64,000 bases of DNA from a virus. The number at the start of each line of letters is the position of its first letter. Positions within the stretch are counted from its first letter, which is position 1. Shown piece after piece: positions 1 to 9,344 of the stretch. The translations under genes were made by a program, and so were the position numbers. A model generated the notes under the pieces. It saw only the letters and a program-made list of their open reading frames with translations, ran no database searches and was not told the origin of the DNA. The stretch is taken from positions 1 to 64,000 of IMG/VR virus record IMGVR_UViG_3300034106_006471. One strand, given 5' to 3'.

Positions 1-1
1 T

Positions 2-3000
2 AATCTTTATATTAATAATATTCCAGTAAGCGTTAGCGGACACGATCATTTATCAAGTAATATAACAGATTTCAATAGTAGCGTAAGTGGATTATTACCA
101 TCGATTACAGGAACAGGATATGTAAATACTTTATTCAATAATAGTACTTATTCTATTAGTGTTAGCGGATTACAACCAAGCGGAAACTATAGCGTTGAAG
201 GTCATACTCACGACAGATTAACTAATAATGATAAAGAAGTTGTGCTTAGTAGCAGCGGTTCTTTAACATTCCCAAGCGGAAGTATCCTAAGTGAAACAAA
301 TAATACACTATCCATAGCTCCTCCAACAGCAGCTTCTGGACAGAGCTTAGTTATTAGACCAACAGTAGCAACCTGGGGCTTAACTTCAAGCGGATATATA
401 GTATATGGTAGTCCAATTACTATTTCAGTTACTCTAAATAGCTGGGCTTATTTTGGAACAGTAAACTATACAATCTCTGGCTCTGGAGTTACTCCACAAT
501 CATTAGGTCGAGCATTAACTGGTAAATTAACTTTCGTAAGCACATCTGCTCCAGATACAGAAACTATTACTTGGACCATACCAGCTAATAGCAATATCTC
601 TGAATTTACTCTAACGCTAACAAGCGTTGATGGAACATTATCGACCGATCCACAGACCCAAAATGATCCAGAACTATATTACAATTTTGAATATAATGGT
701 ATGCCAACTGGTCAATTTATTACTGTGACTAATGATGGAATGTCTAATTCGGAGCATAGTCATGTTCATCTTGTGGCAGGGGATCCATCAATAGTTGACA
801 TTTATTTAGGTGATGACGACCAATATATCAAGATTGAAAAAAATGGTGGAGATGTGATTATTGGCACGGATTTAAATAATAATCAATGGGTCTTTGATAA
901 TACTGGTGGATTAACACTTCCCAATGGCACTAATATAGATGTCCCCTTTGGACAACCCCGCACCGGCGCCATAGCTATAACAAATTCCACAGAATTATTA
1001 ATTGAAACTAATAGTGATACCACTAACAACCTATGGACATTTGGCATAGACGGTAGCACAATACTTCCTGAGAATACTTTAAAAGGTTATTCTTTTACTG
1101 CTACTAATACTGTTACTAACTATATTCCGCAAGCAGCGCAGTTTTTATATACCGATAATCCAATACTAGGTTTAATATCAACAATAGGTGGAGTGTGGTA
1201 TATCAAAGGTCCGGGATTGGTGGGATGGAAACAGATAACCGCAGCACAGGACAATAGTGGAGTTGCTTTAATTTTAAGAATTGGTAGCGGGAATACTCCA
1301 TTGCCAGACGGTTCAGAATTTCCTTCGGGCGGTGGCAATGTTTATACCATAAGCCAATACCTTGAATTTGATCTCAAAGTTGCTGACAAGACTTGGATAT
1401 TTAAACAAGATGGTAATCTAACAATTCCAAGTGGAATAGTTTTTGTAGATAATACTATTCAAACAACCGCTTGGTCTGGAGCCGTATCAATAAATGAGAT
1501 TACTGATTTTGCTAGCGGAGTTAGTGGTTTGCTTCCAACCGTTAGTGGAACTGGTTATGCTGTAACGTCTTTTAATAATAATGTTTACACAGTTAGCGTA
1601 ACCGGTTTACAGCCTAGTGGCAACTATAGTTTAGATGGTCACAATCATATTATAGCAGATGTGAGTGGCTTACAAACCGCTTTGGACAACAAACAGCCTA
1701 GCGGAATATATGCCAGTGGAATTCATTCTCATGTTAGTAATGACATAACGGATTTTGCTATTTCTGTGAGCGGATTGTTGCCGGTTAAAAATATTCTGGC
1801 TGGTTATGATATTAATATTACTAATAATAACGGCGTTTATACCGTCGCTTCTACAAACTTAGTCCATGTTGATAGTCAACAGCCTCAAGGGTTTATCAAT
1901 AGAACTGATAGTAGAATTAGTGTTAGTGGTAATATTTTTACAATAGAACCCACAGGAAGCTCATATAGTTATTATAATAAAGGTATCAAAGTTGTTAAAA
2001 CTAGTGGTGATAGTTTAACTATACCAAATCTTACTCAAATTAATTATATTCATTTTGATACTATTAATAATCAAATATCAAATAAAACTACGGGTTTTGA
2101 TTTTTCTACTGATATTCCTATCGCATATATAGCTTGGAACAGTGGAGTTGGTCCTAGTGGACAAATGACTTTCTTTGCTGAAGAACGTCATGGTATTGTG
2201 ATGGACACTAGCACTCACAAGTGGATTCATACTACTTTTGGCGCACAATATGTTGGCGGTTTAAGTATTGGTAATTATGTTTTAGGTGGAGATGGGTCTA
2301 GTAATAGTCATGCAACTATATCAATTGGTAATGGTACTCTTTATCAAGAAGATATTGAAATAAATATTACTGATAGTTCTAGTACCGATCCGTTCTGTCA
2401 AGAGTTAAGCCCGATTGCTCAAATTCCCGTTTATTATCACCAAGGAACTACTGGTCAGTGGGTTAAGAATACTGCCACGGACTATCCTGTTAAATATGGT
2501 GCTAATGGACCACAATATAACTTATTAACTGGTAACAACTGGACAATTCCCGATGTTAGCCCCGGTGGACAAACAAGATATTTTGCGATGTGGATTCTTG
2601 CAACTAATCAGATTGATGATCCTATAATCAGCATTATGGGTCAGAGGATAGACAGCAATCAAGGATCGGCTGAGAACAATAATTCTTGGGGCGATATTAA
2701 TCTTACTAATTTGCCATTAAGTGAAGTTAAACCTCTTTATAGACTAATATTTGCTGGCGATAGCGATTATACAAATGTTCCTAAATGTAGGTTACTTAGT
2801 ATTCTTGATATACGAGTAGCCGTAATTAGCACTATTGCTGGAGTTACTCAAAATGATCACGGAAGTTTGTTCGGGTTAGGTGATGATGATCACTCTCAAT
2901 ATTTACATGTGGATAATAATCGAACAGTTAATGCAATTCATAATTTTATTAATGGATTAACTGTTAATGGTACTAGTGTAAGTGTAAGTGGTCATTCTCA

Positions 3001-3433
3001 TACATCTTCTGATATCACGGATTTTAACTCTAGTGTTAGTGGACTGTTGCCAGTAACAAATATAGTTGGCGGCTCTAATGTGTCTATTAGTTCATCAGGA
3101 TCAATTTATACAGTAGCAGTAACAGGCTCATTAGGACTAACTACAGAAGAGGTTGATGATAGAGTTAGTAGTTTATTAGTGGCCGGTACTGGTATAGCTT
3201 TATCTTATAATGATAATGCTAATACTTTGACAGTATCAACTACTAAAAATATAATATTATCTGATGTGGTTAGCGACACTAACTATATTGGAATAGCACC
3301 AGCCAACACCCTGGTAAGTGCGTCTTCATGGAAAATCAAAAGAACAATTTATAGCACTAGTGGTACGATTAGCAGTACTGGTGTTGCAAATAATGTTGCT
3401 TGGAATGATAGATTAACAGCTTCGTATTCATAA
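2..3433 (+). CDS. Tail fibre protein, 5'-partial, with HxH-ITDF phage tail repeats
   Basis: The frame is open from base 2 (NLYINNIPVSVSGHDHLSSNITDFNSSVSGLLP...), so the gene starts upstream of the window, not at 242. It has repeated GHxH..DITDF..SVSGLLP units, GHNHIIADVSGLQTALDNKQ and DHGSLFGLGDDDHSQYL, which are typical fibre motifs. Confidence 0.8.
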   Translation, partial: NLYINNIPVSVSGHDHLSSNITDFNSSVSGLLPSITGTGYVNTLFNNSTYSISVSGLQPSGNYSVEGHTHDRLTNNDKEVVLSSSGSLTFPSGSILSETNNTLSIAPPTAASGQSLVIRPTVATWGLTSSGYIVYGSPITISVTLNSWAYFGTVNYTISGSGVTPQSLGRALTGKLTFVSTSAPDTETITWTIPANSNISEFTLTLTSVDGTLSTDPQTQNDPELYYNFEYNGMPTGQFITVTNDGMSNSEHSHVHLVAGDPSIVDIYLGDDDQYIKIEKNGGDVIIGTDLNNNQWVFDNTGGLTLPNGTNIDVPFGQPRTGAIAITNSTELLIETNSDTTNNLWTFGIDGSTILPENTLKGYSFTATNTVTNYIPQAAQFLYTDNPILGLISTIGGVWYIKGPGLVGWKQITAAQDNSGVALILRIGSGNTPLPDGSEFPSGGGNVYTISQYLEFDLKVADKTWIFKQDGNLTIPSGIVFVDNTIQTTAWSGAVSINEITDFASGVSGLLPTVSGTGYAVTSFNNNVYTVSVTGLQPSGNYSLDGHNHIIADVSGLQTALDNKQPSGIYASGIHSHVSNDITDFAISVSGLLPVKNILAGYDINITNNNGVYTVASTNLVHVDSQQPQGFINRTDSRISVSGNIFTIEPTGSSYSYYNKGIKVVKTSGDSLTIPNLTQINYIHFDTINNQISNKTTGFDFSTDIPIAYIAWNSGVGPSGQMTFFAEERHGIVMDTSTHKWIHTTFGAQYVGGLSIGNYVLGGDGSSNSHATISIGNGTLYQEDIEINITDSSSTDPFCQELSPIAQIPVYYHQGTTGQWVKNTATDYPVKYGANGPQYNLLTGNNWTIPDVSPGGQTRYFAMWILATNQIDDPIISIMGQRIDSNQGSAENNNSWGDINLTNLPLSEVKPLYRLIFAGDSDYTNVPKCRLLSILDIRVAVISTIAGVTQNDHGSLFGLGDDDHSQYLHVDNNRTVNAIHNFINGLTVNGTSVSVSGHSHTSSDITDFNSSVSGLLPVTNIVGGSNVSISSSGSIYTVAVTGSLGLTTEEVDDRVSSLLVAGTGIALSYNDNANTLTVSTTKNIILSDVVSDTNYIGIAPANTLVSASSWKIKRTIYSTSGTISSTGVANNVAWNDRLTASYS

Positions 3434-3443
3434 GGAGAATATA

Positions 3444-3731
3444 ATGAATAGTTCTAATCCAATTACTATTGATGATCAAGTATACGACAAATTAACAGTA
3501 AATCTTGCTGTTACTACTAGTTATAATGCCAGTGGTGACAGAGATATGAGCATAGCTATGAGAGTAATTCCTACTAGAATAGATCCTATTAGCGGTCCAC
3601 AAACTGCTGATAGTGCAGCATACACTGTATATAGAGGTAGATTAGCTGAACTACAAAACGAGTCAGAACAAAGTTGTGTTTTAGCTATGACACAGGCTCT
3701 ACAACAATTTATAAGTAGCAAGGGGTGGTAG
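3444..3731 (+). CDS. Small fibre-associated protein (possible fibre chaperone), copy 1
   Basis: 95-aa ORF with an AGGAG RBS upstream. It lies between fibre genes and has a truncated paralog at 4887. Confidence 0.6.
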   Translation: MNSSNPITIDDQVYDKLTVNLAVTTSYNASGDRDMSIAMRVIPTRIDPISGPQTADSAAYTVYRGRLAELQNESEQSCVLAMTQALQQFISSKGW

Positions 3732-3732
3732 T

Positions 3733-4890
3733 ATGGCTATTTATTATGCGCGCAAAGCTGGTAACGTGAATGCGACGGACGTGTGGGCAACCACGCAGGG
3801 CGGTACGGCGAGCGATCTGTTCCCGTCGTTCACGAGCGCAGACACACTGATGTCGAACAGTTTTACTGTTACCCTTAATGTGAACACTACTGTAGCCGAA
3901 GTGAGAAACGATAATACTGGAGGGGCTACCGCCGGTGGGAATTTTGCTTTGAGTAACGGTGTTATTCTGACAGCAAACGTGATTTGTGGAGCCAATGCTT
4001 CTTGTGTCACTTTTAGTTTGGCATCCCCAAATTCTGCATCTATTGTTGGAAATATATCGAATGCAGCTAATTCGCTACAATCGGCTGCTACCAACGGATC
4101 AAGTGGCACATTGAACATCACGGGGAACTGTACTGGAGGTCCCGCTAATTTAACTAATGGGGTATCCAATTCGAGTTCCGGAACAGTCAACATCACAGGA
4201 ATTTGTACCGGCGGGGCTAACAATGCTCATGGAGCTTATAATTCAAGTATTGGCACAATTAATATTGTTGGGTCTGCTGTTGGAGGTCCAGCTTCGAATT
4301 CTTTTGGAGCGCAAAATGCAAGTATAGGCACCATTAATATTATAGGAACTGCCACAGGTTCCTCCATAGCTATTGGAGCCAATAATAATAGCACAGGAAC
4401 TATGACAGTAACAAGAGCTAAAGGAAATGGATTTGGTAATGGTAGTGTGGGCTTATCTGCGGTTGTTGGAGTTAATGCGGCTCAAAATAGTGCGACTAGA
4501 GTTTACGAAATAGAATATGGTGACCTGGGTATGTCGCCAACTTCTGGGCCAATTATTTTATTAGATGATACTAGTAATGTTGCTTTATTTTATCGCACTT
4601 CTGGTGGCAAGAAAACACTAATAGATAGTTCGGCATCTGCTGGTCATCCAGCAATTACTAATGTGCGTAGCGGAATCTCGTATGCTAATGGCAACTTAAC
4701 AGGAACTTGTGCTGTTCCATCCGCTGGAAGCGTTGCTTTAGGAGTTGCTGTTGATAATACCACTGGCACAGCAATTTTAACACAAGCCGATGTTGAAACA
4801 GCTTTGGCTTCTTTTTCTTCTGGAAGATTAAGTAATTGTGCGACAGTGGCTAGTGTTGGTCAACAAATTATAATGCTGGCGGAGGCATGA
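3733..4890 (+). CDS. Gly/Asn/Thr-rich beta-solenoid-like fibre/adhesin, copy 1
   Basis: Repeats of GTxNIxGxxxGG. N- and C-termini are nearly identical to 5074-6243. Confidence 0.65.
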   Translation: MAIYYARKAGNVNATDVWATTQGGTASDLFPSFTSADTLMSNSFTVTLNVNTTVAEVRNDNTGGATAGGNFALSNGVILTANVICGANASCVTFSLASPNSASIVGNISNAANSLQSAATNGSSGTLNITGNCTGGPANLTNGVSNSSSGTVNITGICTGGANNAHGAYNSSIGTINIVGSAVGGPASNSFGAQNASIGTINIIGTATGSSIAIGANNNSTGTMTVTRAKGNGFGNGSVGLSAVVGVNAAQNSATRVYEIEYGDLGMSPTSGPIILLDDTSNVALFYRTSGGKKTLIDSSASAGHPAITNVRSGISYANGNLTGTCAVPSAGSVALGVAVDNTTGTAILTQADVETALASFSSGRLSNCATVASVGQQIIMLAEA

Positions 4891-5072
4891 GCATGGCTAT
4901 GAAAGTTATTCCTACTAGAATAGATCCTATTAGCGGTCCACAAACTGCTGATAGTGCAGCATACGCCGTGTATAGAGGCAGATTATCTAAATTACGAAAC
5001 GATCCAGAACAAAATTGCGCATTGGCTATGACACAAGCTTTACAACAATTTATAAGTAGTAAGGAATGGTAA
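4887..5072 (+). pseudogene. 5'-truncated duplicate of 3444-3731 (could still be translated as a 61-aa protein)
   Basis: MSMAMKVIPTRIDPISGPQTADSAAY...MTQALQQFISSKEW matches the C-terminal 61 aa of 3444-3731. The first ~34 aa are absent from this ORF. Confidence 0.6.
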
Positions 5073-5073
5073 T

Positions 5074-6243
5074 ATGGCGATTTATTATGCGCGCAAAGCT
5101 GGCAACGTGAATGCGACGGACGTGTGGGCGACAACGCCAAGCGGTACGGCGTCCAATTTGTTTTCATCATTCACTAGTGCGGATACGCTTTACGCTAACG
5201 GTTTCTCTGTTACGCTGAATGTAAACACCACGGTTCTTGACGTTCGCACCGACAATACAAACTCCGCAACGGCTGGTGGCGCCTTTACACTTAGCGATGG
5301 AGTAACGCTCACAGCTAACGTTGTCGCAGGATCAAACAACGGTTGCGTTGGGTATTCCGGGAATGGATTAAACTCTGCAACGATTGTTGGTTCTGTGACG
5401 GGTGGTACTGGAACGAGTGCCAGCGGTGCAGTTCTAATGAGCGGAACCGGAACATTGAACATTGTTGGAAATGTTACAGCAGGCTCGACTTCACAATCCT
5501 CCGGTGTGCAGTTTCAGTCAGGCAATGGAACAATAAACATTACTGGAAACGTAACTGGGGGTGGCTCAGGAAATGCATACGGAGTGTTTGTTAATCTCGG
5601 AACAGCACAGACGCTCAATATCACCGGCATCGTAACTGGAGGTTCTGCTGGCGTGGGAGTGCTTGCTAATGTGGCTTATACCTTAAACCTCACCGGCACG
5701 GCTGTTGGAGGTGTTGTCTCGGCCGGAATAAGCGTGACCGGATCTGCCACCGTCACGGCGACCCGTGCCAAGGGAAACGGATTTGGAAACGGATCATCAG
5801 GCTTGTCGGCGGCTGTTGGTATTTCCGTGACTGTACAGACCAGCAATACGAGAGTTTACGAAGTTGAATATGGAGATCGAGGACAGTCGCCAACATCTGG
5901 TCCTATTATTTTATTAAATGATACTAGCAATGTGGTGCTGTTCTACCGAACAAGCGGTGGCAAGAAAACACTAATAGACAGTTCGGCATCTGCTGGTCAT
6001 CCATCAATTACTAATGTTCGTAGTGGTATAGCATATGCTAATAATAATTTAACAGGAACTTGTGCTGTTCCAGCAGCCAGTAGTGTTACTGTTGGAGTTG
6101 CTGTTGATAATACCACTGGTACAGCAGTTTTAACACAAGCCGATGTTGAAACAGCCTTGGCTTCTTTTTCTTCTGGAAGATTAAGTAATTGTGCTACTGT
6201 TGCTACTGTTGGCCAACAGTTGTCAGACGCTTTGAGTGGATAA
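5074..6243 (+). CDS. Gly/Asn/Thr-rich beta-solenoid-like fibre/adhesin, copy 2
   Basis: Shares MAIYYARKAGNVNATDVWATT and LFYRTSGGKKTLIDSSASAGHP...LASFSSGRLSNCATVA with copy 1. The middle is divergent. Confidence 0.65.
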   Translation: MAIYYARKAGNVNATDVWATTPSGTASNLFSSFTSADTLYANGFSVTLNVNTTVLDVRTDNTNSATAGGAFTLSDGVTLTANVVAGSNNGCVGYSGNGLNSATIVGSVTGGTGTSASGAVLMSGTGTLNIVGNVTAGSTSQSSGVQFQSGNGTINITGNVTGGGSGNAYGVFVNLGTAQTLNITGIVTGGSAGVGVLANVAYTLNLTGTAVGGVVSAGISVTGSATVTATRAKGNGFGNGSSGLSAAVGISVTVQTSNTRVYEVEYGDRGQSPTSGPIILLNDTSNVVLFYRTSGGKKTLIDSSASAGHPSITNVRSGIAYANNNLTGTCAVPAASSVTVGVAVDNTTGTAVLTQADVETALASFSSGRLSNCATVATVGQQLSDALSG

Positions 6244-6273
6244 TAGATTCCGAGAAGCATCTAATTTATGATC

Positions 6274-6308
6274 TTGATAACAACCCCATAATAGTGTATA
6301 ATTATACA
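6274..6308 (+). promoter_or_regulatory. Sigma70-like promoter (TTGATA-N17-TATAAT) overlapped by a 14-bp palindrome
   Basis: ttgata at 6274-6279, tataat at 6297-6302, 17-bp spacer. The palindrome tgtataattataca spans 6295-6308. It is intergenic, upstream of 6340. Confidence 0.55.
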
Positions 6309-6339
6309 GATAAAGTAGTTTTAAAGAAAGGCCATATTT

Positions 6340-6849
6340 ATGAGCTGGCAGATTGAAATACCTATTATAGTACGTACATTAATTAATGATTTATCAGATC
6401 AGCCAGTTTATAGCGATGATAGATTATTACAAGTTATAGCTGTTTCAGCTAAATATGTGCAATTTGATGTTAGTTTGGATACTAAATATATAGTAGATGT
6501 GGCCAATCCTAATATTAGTCCAGACCCTACCAATAGTAGAGATGAAATATTTATTAGTTTGGTTAGTTTGAAAGCTGCTTGTATTATTGATCAAAGTAGC
6601 CTACGAACTCAAGCAGCTATGGAAGGAGTAAGAGCATCACTAGGTCCAGCAAGTTTGTCTGTTAGTAATAGCTTACAAGGAGCTTTAGCTATTTTAGACA
6701 AAGGAGCGTGCGCAGCATATGACGAATTAACCAGTCATTGGGATGTAGCCCAAGCTACTACTGCCAAAGCTATACTCAGTCCATTTGTTGGTAATAAATT
6801 TGATCCACGAGCTATACGTAATTCTTATGGTAATAGAGATTTTTTTTAA
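6340..6849 (+). CDS. Putative head-tail adaptor/neck protein
   Basis: IVRTLINDL...YSDDRLLQVI resembles the VR.LI.D...fsDeEi start of gp6/gp15-type adaptors. Size and position fit. Confidence 0.5.
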   Translation: MSWQIEIPIIVRTLINDLSDQPVYSDDRLLQVIAVSAKYVQFDVSLDTKYIVDVANPNISPDPTNSRDEIFISLVSLKAACIIDQSSLRTQAAMEGVRASLGPASLSVSNSLQGALAILDKGACAAYDELTSHWDVAQATTAKAILSPFVGNKFDPRAIRNSYGNRDFF

Positions 6850-6863
6850 TAGGATAATACATT

Positions 6864-7994
6864 ATGTCATCTGCAATTCATAATTTTTTTATAGAACAAG
6901 GTAGTAGCTTTGAAATAATATTTGAATACTTGGACGAAAATGGATCTCCTATACCTATAGATCCTAATGATTGTGTTAGATTAAAATTAAAAACAAATAA
7001 CAATGAATACGCAGTATGGAGAAACGCAGGATTAACTGATGGTACTGGCTTACTAACATCTCAGAATGACTCATCTTTATCCAGTAATCAAATTAAATGG
7101 AAATTATCTTCTATAATAACAAAAACATATAATTTTGACACAGCATCATATGCTCTAGATATTATTGTTGGAGGATCTCCAGAAACTAACACCATTAAAT
7201 TAGCTACTGGTCAAATAGCATTAATAAAAGATATTTTTCTAACAGAGTGTTTAACTAACGAAGCTCTTAAAACTTGTAAAGATTGTACTGATGTTACAGC
7301 TTCAGATGCGTCTATAACTCCTGACCCTAATCTTACTCCGACTCCTAGTAGTACTTTAGGTTCTTTTATTACGCCTACTCCAACACCGTCTGTTGGATCT
7401 AGTATGCAAATACAGGATAACTTGTGTGATTATTTGTGTAGGGGTCTGGATATTTTTGCTCAACTATATACTGGATCAGGTATTAATATTTCTGATGCTA
7501 TTATGAATAATGGATCAGGAATAGCACAAAACTCAAATAATACTATTACAGTACTTAATACCGGAGTAGCAACTAATATCGAGTTATATATAGATAGTTT
7601 AACTCATGAAAATCCCAGCGATTTAACTTTATTCTTAACTCCACCTACAGGAACACCTATATTATTATCTCATAGGAATAAAATTAATAATTATAGTCCT
7701 ATTAGCGGAGTTAGTTTTTCATTTTCTAACAAAGCATTGCCTGGTACATATTTATATAACAAAAGTAATAGTAATGATTTACACGTTAATATTCTAAAAA
7801 ATAGCGGAGTCACACCACCTTCCCCATATAATAGTACATATGCATATAATTTTGATCATTTATTTAACAGTAGCGTGAGTGGTAATTGGACCCTTAATGT
7901 GCTTGATAATGATCCGGGAGCAACGGGCTATATCAAAGGATGGAATCTTGTTATAACGTATTTACCACCAGAAACATATATTGAAAATACATAA
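6864..7994 (+). CDS. Virion protein: N-terminal BppU-like beta domain, PT linker, C-terminal proprotein-convertase P-domain
   Basis: IEQGSSFEIIFEYLDENGSP...YALDII...LATGQI at the N-terminus. LTHENPSDLTLFLTPPTGTPILL...SGNWTLNVLDNDPGATGYIKGWNLVI matches the P-domain consensus. Confidence 0.65.
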   Translation: MSSAIHNFFIEQGSSFEIIFEYLDENGSPIPIDPNDCVRLKLKTNNNEYAVWRNAGLTDGTGLLTSQNDSSLSSNQIKWKLSSIITKTYNFDTASYALDIIVGGSPETNTIKLATGQIALIKDIFLTECLTNEALKTCKDCTDVTASDASITPDPNLTPTPSSTLGSFITPTPTPSVGSSMQIQDNLCDYLCRGLDIFAQLYTGSGINISDAIMNNGSGIAQNSNNTITVLNTGVATNIELYIDSLTHENPSDLTLFLTPPTGTPILLSHRNKINNYSPISGVSFSFSNKALPGTYLYNKSNSNDLHVNILKNSGVTPPSPYNSTYAYNFDHLFNSSVSGNWTLNVLDNDPGATGYIKGWNLVITYLPPETYIENT

Positions 7995-7996
7995 TA

Positions 7997-8206
7997 ATGA
8001 ATATTATAGCTCTTAATAGGTCTCAATCTTTTGTTAAGGCCACTGTTCCATACAATTTATTTATTGTTAGAAAAGATGGACAAAATGCATCTTTTCAAAA
8101 TACTACATTATTTCAAACTTTATCATCATCGAATCAAGAAAAAGTTACTATTCAAAATAGTCCCATGCTTTTAGCTCAAATATTTAGAGATACCAATAAA
8201 ATATGA
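7997..8206 (+). CDS. Hypothetical protein
   Basis: 69-aa ORF tightly coupled to both neighbours (ATGA overlap with the next gene). Confidence 0.5.
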   Translation: MNIIALNRSQSFVKATVPYNLFIVRKDGQNASFQNTTLFQTLSSSNQEKVTIQNSPMLLAQIFRDTNKI

Positions 8207-8706
8207 TTTTTAATCAAAATTTAAAAAATACATATAAAAAAATGATTGATCAAATTCTTAGTCAAGAAGGATTGACTAATCAATGCACTTTATATTTTGA
8301 TAATAATATAACATCATATTGTAATAATTGTTTATTCGATAAATCTACAGAAATGTCCAGTAATATATACAATGGTAATGGACCTAATCCATTTCCTGAT
8401 TATACAACATGTCCTATTTGTATGGGTAGTGGTAAAACATTATTAAATTCAATAACTAAACAATTATATTTAGCAGTTATTTTTGATACCAAGTCTTTTA
8501 TGAATATGACTTCTACAAAATTAGTAAATATTCCTGATGGAACTATACAAATTATATGCTCTAAAAATTATGCTACTGATCTTAGATCATGTTCTTATTT
8601 GACTATTAATAGTTATCCAGAAATTAAATATGAAAAATTAACAGATATTAATCCTGTAGGATTTGGTGACTTAGATTATATTTTTATGAACTGGAGAAGA
8701 GTATGA
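8203..8706 (+). CDS. Putative head-closure/neck protein with Zn-finger
   Basis: CNNC...CPICMGSG motifs. Located within the neck/tail-completion block. Confidence 0.45.
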   Translation: MIFNQNLKNTYKKMIDQILSQEGLTNQCTLYFDNNITSYCNNCLFDKSTEMSSNIYNGNGPNPFPDYTTCPICMGSGKTLLNSITKQLYLAVIFDTKSFMNMTSTKLVNIPDGTIQIICSKNYATDLRSCSYLTINSYPEIKYEKLTDINPVGFGDLDYIFMNWRRV

Positions 8707-9344
8707 AATTTTCTCTTTCTCTATTAGACAAAAATAGTGAAATAAGATCTGAAATTCTCAAAGCAATGAAAGAACATTTAGAATCTTCATTAACAAAAAC
8801 TATAAACTATATAGAGCCTAAAATTAGAATTTTAGTTAGACAAGCTATACACAATGAACCAGAATACTCTTCTTTGATCTCTGGAGATTTAAGAAAAGAA
8901 TTTGGTATCGCTGATGTTTCTAATGTTGATGTTGTAATTAATAAAGTAATCAACTCAATGAATATTAACAAAAAAAATATTAAAATTAATAATAGTGGAC
9001 TATCAGGAGGTATAACTTTAACAATTGTCCCTAGTGATTTTGCTGGTATTATTGATAACCCTAGCGCTTTTGTAATAGACAATGAAAGAGGATATAGCTT
9101 ACCTTGGTTAGAATGGCTTTTATTAAAAGGTGGAGAAATTATTGTAAGAAGTTTTGAGGTAGAATATGGGTCAAATCCTAAATCCAGATCAGGAGAGGCT
9201 CTAATGGTTAGTAGTAGTAAAAATTGGAGAGTTCCCGCACAATTTAGTGGAACTATCAGAAATAATTGGATAACAAGAGCCCTATCAACAACAGAAGATA
9301 AAATTTTACAAATTATACGATCAGGATTGGAGAATAGTTTATGA
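8703..9344 (+). CDS. Putative neck/tail-completion protein
   Basis: 213 aa with ATGA overlaps on both sides. Its position matches HK97 gp10-like genes. Function is inferred from synteny only. Confidence 0.4.
   Translation: MKFSLSLLDKNSEIRSEILKAMKEHLESSLTKTINYIEPKIRILVRQAIHNEPEYSSLISGDLRKEFGIADVSNVDVVINKVINSMNINKKNIKINNSGLSGGITLTIVPSDFAGIIDNPSAFVIDNERGYSLPWLEWLLLKGGEIIVRSFEVEYGSNPKSRSGEALMVSSSKNWRVPAQFSGTIRNNWITRALSTTEDKILQIIRSGLENSL

Larger units (their letters stand above)
3522..6219 (+). repeat. Imperfect tandem duplication of ~1.35 kb (about 3522-4867 and 4868-6219)
   Basis: Long identical tracts, e.g. ttcctactagaatagatcctattagcggtccacaaactgctgatagtgcagcatac and ttttaacacaagccgatgttgaaacagc, each occur twice about 1.3 kb apart. 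Confidence 0.9.

Noticed and set aside
3444-6243. Duplicated fibre genes as a DGR template/variable repeat pair
   Set aside because: Differences are not adenine-specific, many are synonymous, both copies are coding, and no reverse transcriptase is present.
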